Positions 53,351-60,841 of a DNA stretch of 60,841 nucleotides are shown piece after piece; position 1 is the first letter of the stretch, and every line of letters starts with the position of its first letter. The stretch lies in the NCBI GenBank assembly GCA_964372635.1, contig CAYJQW010000006.1, positions 1 to 60,841 on the forward strand, read 5' to 3'. The position numbers and the translations under genes are program-made. The DNA comes from an uncultured Candidatus Saccharibacteria bacterium. GTDB lineage: Bacteria; Patescibacteriota; Andersenbacteria; UBA10190. Under the pieces are notes generated by a model that saw only the letters and a list, made by a program, of their open reading frames with translations, made no database searches and was not told the origin of the DNA.

Positions 53351-54649
53351 ATGCTTGATATTGGTTTTATACGAGATAATTCAGAGCTGGTTAAAAAAAT
53401 TGCTCGGCAAAAAAATGTTGATGTTGACGTTGATGAACTCTTACGAGTGGATAAAAAACGTAGAGATTTACAAACACAAATTGATATGTCGGCCCGTCAA
53501 AAAAACTTACATGCCAAAAAGAATATGGCAGGTAAACCTTCCCCCGACGACATAGCCGAAGGTAAAAGGCTAAAAAGTGAGATCACGAAGCTGCAGAAAC
53601 AGTTAGATGAAGTTAAGGATCGCTACACTGCATTGCTCCAAAGTGTTCCCAATATTCCGAGTGAGGATACACCCATAGGTGTGGACCATACTGGCAACGT
53701 CGTCAAGCGTCGCATTGGTAATCAACCAAAATTTTCGTTTTCACCAAAACCTCACTGGGAGCTTGGTGATGCAATTGATGTCATTGACAGTAAGCGAGCA
53801 GCCGATATTACTGGTACGCGGTTCGCTTATCTAAAAGGTGCATTAGTACAATTGCAGTTTGCGATAATACAGTATGCGATGTCCGTAATGACAGACCAGA
53901 CAAAAATTAAGGAAATTATTAAACAAGCTAACCTTAGTGTCACGCCAACGCCATTCATTCCAGTTTTACCACCGGTTATGGTTCGCCCAAAGATTCTGCA
54001 GCAAATGGCTCGACTTGAGCCAAAAGAGGAGCGTTACTATATTGAAAGTGATAACGTCTATCTTGTTGGTAGTGCTGAGCACACGCTTGGACCTCTACAT
54101 CGTGATGAAACATTTAAAGAAGCTGCTCTGCCACGTCGCTATCTTGGTTACTCAACTAACTTTCGTCGTGAGGCAGGTTCACATGGCAAGGATGTACGAG
54201 GAATATTGCGCGTGCACCAATTTGATAAACTGGAAATGGAAAGCTTTACAACGTCGGATAACTCCCAGGCTGAACAGGACTTATTTGTTGCCATTCAGGA
54301 GCATATGATGCAGGCTCTAGGCCTAGCTTATCAAGTAGTACAAGTATGTACTGGCGATATGGGCGCTCCGGATGCCCGTCAAATTGATATTGAAACGTGG
54401 CTTCCCGGACAGAATGCATATCGAGAAACACACACCGCTGATTTCATGACTGACTATCAGGCAAGGCGTTTACACACCAAGGTCAAGCGACAATCAGGTA
54501 CTTTAGAATATGTCCACATGAATGACGCTACGGCTTTTGCTCTCGGTCGGATATTGATTGCGATTATGGAAAATTACCAGCAGGCCAATGGGTCAATTTC
54601 AGTTCCAAAGGTTTTACGTCCCTATCTTTCTTTTTCTTCATTCCCTTGA
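53351..54649 (+). CDS. serS: serine--tRNA ligase
   Basis: MLDIGFIRDN start, N-terminal coiled coil, FRREAGSHGKDVRGILRVHQFDKLE (motif 2), ETHTADFMTDYQARR. Confidence 0.92.
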   Translation: MLDIGFIRDNSELVKKIARQKNVDVDVDELLRVDKKRRDLQTQIDMSARQKNLHAKKNMAGKPSPDDIAEGKRLKSEITKLQKQLDEVKDRYTALLQSVPNIPSEDTPIGVDHTGNVVKRRIGNQPKFSFSPKPHWELGDAIDVIDSKRAADITGTRFAYLKGALVQLQFAIIQYAMSVMTDQTKIKEIIKQANLSVTPTPFIPVLPPVMVRPKILQQMARLEPKEERYYIESDNVYLVGSAEHTLGPLHRDETFKEAALPRRYLGYSTNFRREAGSHGKDVRGILRVHQFDKLEMESFTTSDNSQAEQDLFVAIQEHMMQALGLAYQVVQVCTGDMGAPDARQIDIETWLPGQNAYRETHTADFMTDYQARRLHTKVKRQSGTLEYVHMNDATAFALGRILIAIMENYQQANGSISVPKVLRPYLSFSSFP

Positions 54650-54697
54650 ATTAATTATCAGGGAGCACCCAAGAGTTTCAATAGGACGGTTAGAAAA

Positions 54698-54719
54698 AAG
54701 CTCACGTTGGCGTGAGCTT
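54698..54719. terminator. bidirectional terminator between serS (+) and the orphan gene (-)
   Basis: Stem AAGCTCACG/CGTGAGCTT (9 bp), loop TTGG. A6 lies 5' on the + strand, giving a T6 tail for the minus-strand gene. The + side has only a weak T-rich tail (ATATGTTTTG). Confidence 0.7.
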
Positions 54720-54737
54720 ATATGTTTTGATTAATAT

Positions 54738-55343
54738 CTAAAGCGGCTCCGGCACGTTAAGCGGCGGAAGACACAGAAAATATTCTTTCCTACCACGTAT
54801 CGATACGCTTTTAACATTATTCTCACCCCCACAGGCACATATAATGACGCGCCACCATAGCGCCAAAAGACGATTTTGTGCCCCTTCTGATACCGCATTC
54901 CAGAGGGCAGAAAATTGCAGCATGCCTATATGGCTGTGTCTTTGGGAAAAGTCATAAAATATTCTCGCCAACCTAGTTTTTTTCTGGCTGTTTAACCAAA
55001 CCTGAAAGTCTTGATCATCATCAGGGGTCATCTCATTTAGATACATAATGTAGTGTAAGTCTGACTGAGAAATATCCTGCACATATTGGAGCCACAAAAT
55101 TTCGCAGCGCACTTTTCGGCGCTCATGCCGAGACAATTGGCGTAAACATAATAGGCACATTTCTTGCCATCGATTATTCTTGTCGCGCATAAAACTGCAG
55201 CGTAAGCGCTTAATGCATTCGGGTATTCGAATAATACGCAGCACAAGATTGAATAATCGCAACGCTTTACCGGAAAATTCAACCTTCGCTTGCGCTACTT
55301 CGGCAGCTGTCGGCGACTTAAATTCAACACCTAGATTTGACAT
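54738..55343 (-). CDS. hypothetical protein (orphan, Arg/Cys/Trp/Leu-rich, 201 aa)
   Basis: Lone minus-strand ORF bracketed by a terminator with a T6 tail, an AAGGA SD-like box ~9 nt upstream of the ATG, and a structured 5' region. No family recognised. Confidence 0.5.
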   Translation of the reverse strand: MSNLGVEFKSPTAAEVAQAKVEFSGKALRLFNLVLRIIRIPECIKRLRCSFMRDKNNRWQEMCLLCLRQLSRHERRKVRCEILWLQYVQDISQSDLHYIMYLNEMTPDDDQDFQVWLNSQKKTRLARIFYDFSQRHSHIGMLQFSALWNAVSEGAQNRLLALWWRVIICACGGENNVKSVSIRGRKEYFLCLPPLNVPEPL

Positions 55344-55426
55344 ATTGCTTTTCCTTTTTCAGAGAATTTGTACTGCCGCTATGACGGCAGGAAAGTACGA
55401 TTTTTGCTGTACAATATGTATCACTT

Positions 55427-55455
55427 TTGCCGGAAAATTGCAATCCTGAGATACT
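55427..55455 (+). promoter_or_regulatory. ftsQ promoter, leaderless geometry
   Basis: TTGCCG (55427-55432), 17 nt ending TGA, GATACT (55450-55455). The -10 ends 7 nt before ATG 55463. Confidence 0.45.
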
Positions 55456-55462
55456 GTAGATA

Positions 55463-56329
55463 ATGAGCAAAACCAAGTTACGTCTTTTTAACTATGAAGG
55501 AGCTCGGTGGTGGCACACCTTAAGGTGGCGATTTTTACAGTTCACACCCTGGCTGTCTGTCGTTTTCCTGGTCATGCTTATCACCATTCCGCCCAGCCTC
55601 TTTATCTGGTTTCTTTTCTTCACTGACTCTTTTAGTGTTCAAGCCGTTACTATTCTTGACGGTCGTGAGCATACCAGCATGGCCACCCGACAAATCATTG
55701 AACAAGGTCTTGCCACGACACCGCTTCATGCCAACATATTCTTTCTTCAAACCGATTTGATGGAGCAAGAAATATCGCGACAATTACCCCAAATAAGAAC
55801 AGTGCATATCACGAGACATTTGCCCGGAACTGTTAAGGCGGTTATTCAAGAAAAAATACCAGCCTTATTATTACTATCAGGCGGTAGTTATTATTTTATC
55901 GATGAGCAGGGACAGGCCTATGAAAAAGCACGACTCGAAACCTTGCCGGGAGTTATCCTACCAACTGTTAAAAATACCGATCTTAAATCTCAAGTGACGA
56001 TCGGCGCCCCGGCAGTTGCCCCCTCGTTTGTTGGCTTTGTGCGTTATGTGCAGGAGAATTTGTCGGCTGTCACGGAAGGCACAGTTGCAGAGATTCGTAT
56101 TCCATCGTTGGCCGCCCGAGAGGTTCATTTCTTATTAAGCAATAATTGGGAAATAAGATTTGATGTCACCCGTTCTGGAGCAGAGCAATTAGACATTCTT
56201 CGGCGAGTCGTGACAGAAATAATACCACCAGACGAAAAGGAAAAGCTTGATTACATTGATTTACGCATTAAGGATCGGGTTTACTACAAAAGCCTTGACC
56301 CCGTACCGGCAAAAAACCAGCAAATATAA
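55463..56329 (+). CDS. ftsQ: cell division protein FtsQ/DivIB-like (POTRA domain)
   Basis: Cytoplasmic tail, one TM helix, then a POTRA-like start (FSVQAVTILDGREHTS..IEQ) and an FtsQ beta domain. 288 aa. Confidence 0.65.
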   Translation: MSKTKLRLFNYEGARWWHTLRWRFLQFTPWLSVVFLVMLITIPPSLFIWFLFFTDSFSVQAVTILDGREHTSMATRQIIEQGLATTPLHANIFFLQTDLMEQEISRQLPQIRTVHITRHLPGTVKAVIQEKIPALLLLSGGSYYFIDEQGQAYEKARLETLPGVILPTVKNTDLKSQVTIGAPAVAPSFVGFVRYVQENLSAVTEGTVAEIRIPSLAAREVHFLLSNNWEIRFDVTRSGAEQLDILRRVVTEIIPPDEKEKLDYIDLRIKDRVYYKSLDPVPAKNQQI

Positions 56330-56357
56330 CGCTGGTCTCGAGCAATTTCCGATCCTT

Positions 56358-57932
56358 TTAAATCCTCTTATACTTGATAGCCGAAACATCTCCCTGATAG
56401 GAATGAACCTCAGAAAAAGATACCGATTGAACGGCTAACCAGTTATCTGGCGGAACCAGCGGCTTTTCACCAAAACCACTGGTATTAATAACCCAAATTA
56501 CATTTGCTGTGGATTGGATAAAAATTTCCGGACCAACAATGTCCTGACTAGTTAAAATAGGTCCGCCCGCAAAATGAGATCGTTCGCCATTTATCGAATA
56601 TAGTTTTGGACTATCGTCTTTATATTCCTCTTGTGCGTAATGAAGAATCGAAAAATAGGCAAATGGAGAGCTGACAATGATTGGCTCCGACTTTTGACGC
56701 ATCAAAAGGACATACTTCGCGGCAGCGTGAGATCCTGGTTTATTTAAAATGTCGAGTTCTTGCCAATAGTTGATGTTGGCCACAACAAAGCCGGCTAGTA
56801 CTCCAATTGATAATAGGTAGCGCAATAAGCGCCAGGGGATTCGGTAAAGTAGCAAACTCAAAGCGACGATAATAAAGATATGGGTGAAAACAAAAAAACG
56901 ATCATCATATAAGCTTTGTCCTAGAATTGATAATATGATGCTGAGTAGGAATGGTACTAAAGCAGCGCTAATGACGTACCAGGTAGAATCTTGAGCAGAT
57001 ACTCTTTCCTTTTTAACCATCAATCCCAGTAATTGATTAAGCCGCCTCCTAGATGCTGTCATAGCTAGAATTAGAAGCCCAATACCTGTCAATGTTATCG
57101 GCGCAGCTGCCAATAGTATCCAGCCAATACCGTCGTGACGAGGAATTGACCGTGTCGGCGCAAACATGCGATAGAAGGTGTCAGGTATTGACCAGCCACC
57201 AATTTCAGGAATCCAATATGATTGCTGAACTTGAGCATTCTGGGCCATAAATGTGGAGATCCATGGGGCGTAAATACCAAGCATAACTAAGTAGGCTAAT
57301 AGCACATACCAAGTTATTCTTGATTGTAATATTTCACCGATTCTCCCACCGTTCGTCACAATGATATAGCCAAACAAAAAGATCATTTGTGCCGCAATGG
57401 AAAAAAATGAGTAATAGTGAATATAGGCAAAAGCGACTGTCGCCAAGCTGTAAGCGAGCCACCAACTAAATCTTGGCGGGTGCGCCCGGAGTGCTTTAAT
57501 CAATAACCAGGATGATAATAGGATGGCCGCAGTACCGAGGGTATACATCCGTGCTTCCCAGGCATACTGAATTTGAAAACCGGAAAAGGCAATAAGCATA
57601 GCAGTAAGTAACCCAGCTCCCCGTGACCTAGTTGCCTCGGCAGTAAAAAGATAACTGAGCGCTATGGTGGCAGCAGCCATAGCAACTGAGAAGCCGCGCA
57701 AGCTAGGAAGCGAGCTCCCAAAAACAACACTCCACCATTTAAGAACTATGTAGTACAACGGCGGATGGACATCTTGGGCATCACGCGCAATCATTTCAGG
57801 CAACGAAAACTGTATCAACCTCCAGGAAAATGCCTCGTCAAACCATAAACTGCGCGCAGTTAACTGATAGGCACGTAAACTGACGCCAAGGAGAATAATT
57901 ATTAATAGGATCAAAGCGACACGGCGCGACAT
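56358..57932 (-). CDS. glycosyltransferase family 39 (ArnT/PMT-like, polyprenyl-phosphate-sugar dependent)
   Basis: More than 10 TM helices. N-terminal LRAYQLTARSLWFDEAFSW loop with the DE motif typical of GT-C ArnT/PMT_2 enzymes, and a C-terminal soluble domain. Confidence 0.75.
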   Translation of the reverse strand: MSRRVALILLIIILLGVSLRAYQLTARSLWFDEAFSWRLIQFSLPEMIARDAQDVHPPLYYIVLKWWSVVFGSSLPSLRGFSVAMAAATIALSYLFTAEATRSRGAGLLTAMLIAFSGFQIQYAWEARMYTLGTAAILLSSWLLIKALRAHPPRFSWWLAYSLATVAFAYIHYYSFFSIAAQMIFLFGYIIVTNGGRIGEILQSRITWYVLLAYLVMLGIYAPWISTFMAQNAQVQQSYWIPEIGGWSIPDTFYRMFAPTRSIPRHDGIGWILLAAAPITLTGIGLLILAMTASRRRLNQLLGLMVKKERVSAQDSTWYVISAALVPFLLSIILSILGQSLYDDRFFVFTHIFIIVALSLLLYRIPWRLLRYLLSIGVLAGFVVANINYWQELDILNKPGSHAAAKYVLLMRQKSEPIIVSSPFAYFSILHYAQEEYKDDSPKLYSINGERSHFAGGPILTSQDIVGPEIFIQSTANVIWVINTSGFGEKPLVPPDNWLAVQSVSFSEVHSYQGDVSAIKYKRI

Positions 57933-58027
57933 AAGCTCATAATTTTGTAATTAAATGCATTCAGTATAGTATATAAGGTAAAGATCCAAATATTAAATGT
58001 GCTTTTAGGAACACAAACACACACGCT

Positions 58028-58561
58028 ATGTCAATAGATCCCCGTACCTTAGCTTTAATCCAGCAGCGGCTAGATGAGGCTGAGCGTAATATTCAGTATG
58101 TACGTCAGGCTCTCGAGGAGGGTGAAACCCAAACATCTGCATCTGGCCTACAGGCAGATTCTGACACCGACGATGCTCCGGCGGTCGGAGAAAGAGTTAT
58201 CGAGGGTGTATTTGATGGACAAAATATGCAAGGTAATGACGGTGAGGAATATCCAGTGCCGCCGAATTATGCGTCAAAATCAAAACTTGTCGAAGGTGAT
58301 GTCTTGAAGCTAACGATCGGCATGGATGGAACATTCACTTATAAACAAATTGGCCCAATTGAACGACAACGTGAAGTGGGCAGTCTAGTCATAGATGAAC
58401 AGGGCAACTTCGGAGTTAAGGCTCGGGATAAAACATATCGTATTCTACTAGCAAGTGTTACATTTTATCGAGCCGAAGAGGGTGATGAAGTGACAATTCT
58501 TCTTCCGGCCAACGGAGAAGCAGAGTGGGGAGCAGTCGATAATGTGCTGCATCGCAGTTAG
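58028..58561 (+). CDS. hypothetical protein (coiled-coil, acidic linker, beta-rich C-domain)
   Basis: 177 aa. LIQQRLDEAERNIQYVRQALEE, then an acidic linker, then GVFDGQNMQGNDGEEYPVPPNYASKSKLVEGDVLKLTI..YKQIGPIER. No characterised family recognised. Confidence 0.55.
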   Translation: MSIDPRTLALIQQRLDEAERNIQYVRQALEEGETQTSASGLQADSDTDDAPAVGERVIEGVFDGQNMQGNDGEEYPVPPNYASKSKLVEGDVLKLTIGMDGTFTYKQIGPIERQREVGSLVIDEQGNFGVKARDKTYRILLASVTFYRAEEGDEVTILLPANGEAEWGAVDNVLHRS

Positions 58562-58597
58562 AAAGTGATACATTTTGGAAGGTGTTAAATTAACCTC

Positions 58598-59107
58598 ATG
58601 ATAACAGGTAGAGCAGAACAACTCATACAAAAATTGCCAGAGCGCTATCAACGAACAGCTCGCCAGTTTATAAAGTTCGGCTTAACGGGATCACTGGGTG
58701 CTGTTATTGATTATAGTAGTTATATAACCATAACGCGTGGTTTTGATTGGAAGGAAATTTACAGTATCTTCGGTTATAAGATCATTGGCGCCAATGTTGC
58801 TAGTGTTCTCCTGGCTATGTCAACCATGTTTTTCATTAATAAATACTGGACATTCCGTAATACATCCGAGAAAGTGCTTCAGCAAGGTACTCGCTATTTC
58901 GCTTTAAACTTCATCACCTTTGTGCTAAATCAAATTTTAACTTCTTTCTTTGCCTTTCATATACCTATCATCAGTCTTTTATTTGGCCCCCAGAAGGATC
59001 TTGTCGCCAAAGCCTTAGCGATCGGTTCCATTCTTTTCATCAATTTCTTCGGCAGTAAATTTATCGTTTTTAGAAAAAAAACTCAACCTCTGGTGTCGCA
59101 AACATAA
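58598..59107 (+). CDS. GtrA-family membrane protein
   Basis: 169 aa, 4 TM helices, FIKFGLTGSLGAVIDY and NKYWTFR motifs. Confidence 0.8.
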   Translation: MITGRAEQLIQKLPERYQRTARQFIKFGLTGSLGAVIDYSSYITITRGFDWKEIYSIFGYKIIGANVASVLLAMSTMFFINKYWTFRNTSEKVLQQGTRYFALNFITFVLNQILTSFFAFHIPIISLLFGPQKDLVAKALAIGSILFINFFGSKFIVFRKKTQPLVSQT

Positions 59108-59125
59108 GCACGTTAGACTGGGTAG

Positions 59126-60679
59126 ATGGCTACACTATACCGGCTATACCGTCCTCAGACTTGGCGTGACATTATTGGGCAAAATCATATCAGCGAGCCG
59201 TTGCAAAAAGCTATAAGTAAAGGTAGAGTTGCACACGCTTATCTCTTTCATGGCCCAAGAGGAACAGGTAAAACAACAACCGCTCGTATTTTTGCCAAGG
59301 CTCTAAATTGTAAAAAATCAGTCCAGGGTACGCCTTGCGATAAGTGCGATTTATGCCGAGCAACGATTGATGCCCAAAGTTTAGATATTGTCGAAATTGA
59401 CGCCGCTAGTAATAGGGGAATTGATGATATTAGAGCTCTCAAGGACGGCATAAATCTGGCACCAGCAATGAGTGCCTACCGGATCTATATTATTGACGAG
59501 GTACATATGCTGACAAATGAGGCTTTTACAGCCTTACTTAAAACACTTGAGGAGCCAGTTGCCCACGCAGTTTTTATCTTGGCCACGACAGAGTTTCGTA
59601 AAGTTCCAGAGACAATTGTTTCCCGGTGCCAAGTTTATCGCTTCCGCCGCGCCACAAATGAAGAAATGGAGGGCCGCCTTAAAAAAATTCTTAGTCAGGA
59701 AAAGCGTAAAGTATCTGATGGTGCCTTGAAATTTATCATTAGTCGCAGTGATGGCTGCTATCGTGATGCCGAATCTCTCTTAGGACAAATTTTAGTAGCC
59801 CATACCGATAAGGTTATCACGGTTGAAAATCTAGTGGCTCAGCTAAGTTTACCACCGCAAAAATTAATCGAGGATTTTGTTATGGCGATGGTTCAAGGTC
59901 ATTCAGCTCCAGCAGTCGAGGCTGTTGATCAGGCTTTTGCCGACGGCTTTGATCCTGAGCAGTTTATACAAGAAGCGATTCGCTCCGCTCGTGAGGGAGC
60001 CTTGAGTCTTATCAAGGATGAAGCTGATAAACCGTCATTTACACTTGAGCCTCAAGCCCAAGTTCGCTTACCAAAGGTTATACGCGCCCTCGTACAGGCT
60101 CAACAGGATTTAGCTTTTGTGCCGCAGCCACTGATCGCACTACACTTGGCTGTTTTGACGGTGTGCACGCACAGGGGAGAATTAGAACCTGGCAGGGCTA
60201 CAAAGCCTGTCTCGACCAAGATTTCTGTTGTCCAATCAAAAGTGCTCGTCATAGACAAGCCACAACCCAAAAAAGTACCTCGTAGCCATCACAAGAGTAT
60301 TTCTGTGACACCGAAAAATAGAGCAAAAATAGTGGAAGTATCTGGGATTTGGCAGCAATTAATTCAAAATGTGAAGTCGGCTAATCCGGTGGCAGCCACG
60401 TTTTTACGGGCCATGGAGCCAATGGGGCTAGAAGGATCAATATTGCGAATTCAGGCATACTACCAATTACACCACAATTATTTTGAAAAAGAAGAAAATA
60501 AAAAACCAATTGAGGACGCGCTACAGAAATTGCTTAGTGTGCCGGTAACAATTCGCATTGTGTTTACCGGAAAAAATGGTCAGCAGCACGGTGTGTCTGC
60601 CCAAAACAAACAAGAAGAGAATCTTTTAAGTGCCGTACAAGAGGTTTTTGGTAGCGAAGCCACCAAGCAAGCGGCCTAG
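59126..60679 (+). CDS. dnaX: DNA polymerase III subunit gamma/tau
   Basis: YRPQTW.DIIGQ, HAYLFHGPRGTGKTT (Walker A), Zn module CKKSVQGTPCDKCDLC, IYIIDEVHML, SRCQ. Confidence 0.92.
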   Translation: MATLYRLYRPQTWRDIIGQNHISEPLQKAISKGRVAHAYLFHGPRGTGKTTTARIFAKALNCKKSVQGTPCDKCDLCRATIDAQSLDIVEIDAASNRGIDDIRALKDGINLAPAMSAYRIYIIDEVHMLTNEAFTALLKTLEEPVAHAVFILATTEFRKVPETIVSRCQVYRFRRATNEEMEGRLKKILSQEKRKVSDGALKFIISRSDGCYRDAESLLGQILVAHTDKVITVENLVAQLSLPPQKLIEDFVMAMVQGHSAPAVEAVDQAFADGFDPEQFIQEAIRSAREGALSLIKDEADKPSFTLEPQAQVRLPKVIRALVQAQQDLAFVPQPLIALHLAVLTVCTHRGELEPGRATKPVSTKISVVQSKVLVIDKPQPKKVPRSHHKSISVTPKNRAKIVEVSGIWQQLIQNVKSANPVAATFLRAMEPMGLEGSILRIQAYYQLHHNYFEKEENKKPIEDALQKLLSVPVTIRIVFTGKNGQQHGVSAQNKQEENLLSAVQEVFGSEATKQAA

Positions 60680-60719
60680 TTTGCAATTAAGATAAAATTC
60701 GGTAGTGTCAATGGCACAT

Positions 60720-60793
60720 TCCCGGGTCGTCTAATGGCAGGACCGGAGACTTTGGATCTCCGTATCTAGGTTCGAATCCTAGCCCGGGAGCCA
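60720..60793 (+). tRNA. tRNA-Gln (anticodon UUG), CCA encoded
   Basis: Hand-folded cloverleaf. Acceptor TCCCGGG/CCCGGGA; D-stem GTCT/GGAC; anticodon stem GGAGA/TCTCC with loop CTTTGGA; T-arm CTAGG-TTCGAAT-CCTAG; discriminator G followed by CCA. Confidence 0.85.
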
Positions 60794-60841
60794 AATTGTA
60801 TGTTGCGAGTTTATTGCCTCGGCGCTTCGCGCCTCGGCAGG

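Noticed and set aside
59693-59699. A7 run in dnaX as a possible gamma-forming slippery site
   Set aside because: It lies at about codon 190, inside the AAA+ module, so a truncated product would lack the clamp-loader domains. The position is wrong for a gamma/tau junction.
60816-60838. Direct repeat GCCTCGGC x2 with a small GGCGC-TTC-GCGCC hairpin after tRNA-Gln
   Set aside because: It sits at the very edge of the window, so its context (terminator, att-like site, start of a repeat array) cannot be judged from about 25 nt.
1-60841. CRISPR arrays, IS elements or transposases, integrases, prophage or toxin-antitoxin pairs
   Set aside because: I looked for regularly spaced repeats, terminal inverted repeats and the typical small gene pairs, and found none by eye. 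All larger ORFs are accounted for by housekeeping or envelope functions or by the orphans listed above. An exhaustive repeat search was not possible by hand.

Overview
This is a 60.8-kb, very gene-dense window with about 60 CDS, one tRNA, and almost every gene on the + strand. I saw no rRNA, CRISPR array, IS element or prophage by eye. ORFs end cleanly at TGA, TAA and TAG, so the standard code applies. The content is mostly core genome of a reduced, Gram-positive-like bacterium. The gene set and protein architectures look to me like Patescibacteria/CPR; this is an inference and cannot be proven from the window alone. Main blocks, left to right: (1) Envelope glycan cluster at 0.7-10.5 kb: GT4, three paralogous GT2, a Wzy-like protein, and a minus-strand operon of membrane-fused MurF-like ligase, DegT aminotransferase and FemAB. 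(2) scpAB, a D,D-carboxypeptidase and a partial dcw cluster (mraY-murD-ftsW-murG-murC). (3) A sigma-region-4/HARE-HTH protein followed by an orphan two-gene module: a membrane protein plus a soluble VirD4/TraD-like ATPase with a CxxC-x17-CxxC tail. (4) LOG, alaS and an unknown membrane protein. (5) infA-rpmJ-rpsM-rpsK-rpsD-rpoA-rplQ-rplM-rpsI and csrA. (6) murA-mreB, GT4, hpf-secA and secDF-holB. (7) frr-rseP-proS-mreBCD-mrdA. (8) greA-lysS-serS, an orphan minus-strand gene and ftsQ. (9) GT39, an unknown gene, gtrA, dnaX and tRNA-Gln. The most interesting observations are: the orphan split coupling-protein-like module (20.8-23.8 kb); the Mur ligase whose N-domain is replaced by a 5-TM module, in an operon with DegT and FemAB; a recurrent promoter geometry implying widespread leaderless mRNAs and near absence of Shine-Dalgarno sites; an orphan csrA with GGA sites in its own leader; a promoter-then-terminator leader upstream of greA; and a 15-nt element shared by two promoter regions. 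All functional calls come from reading motifs by eye; no database search was run.
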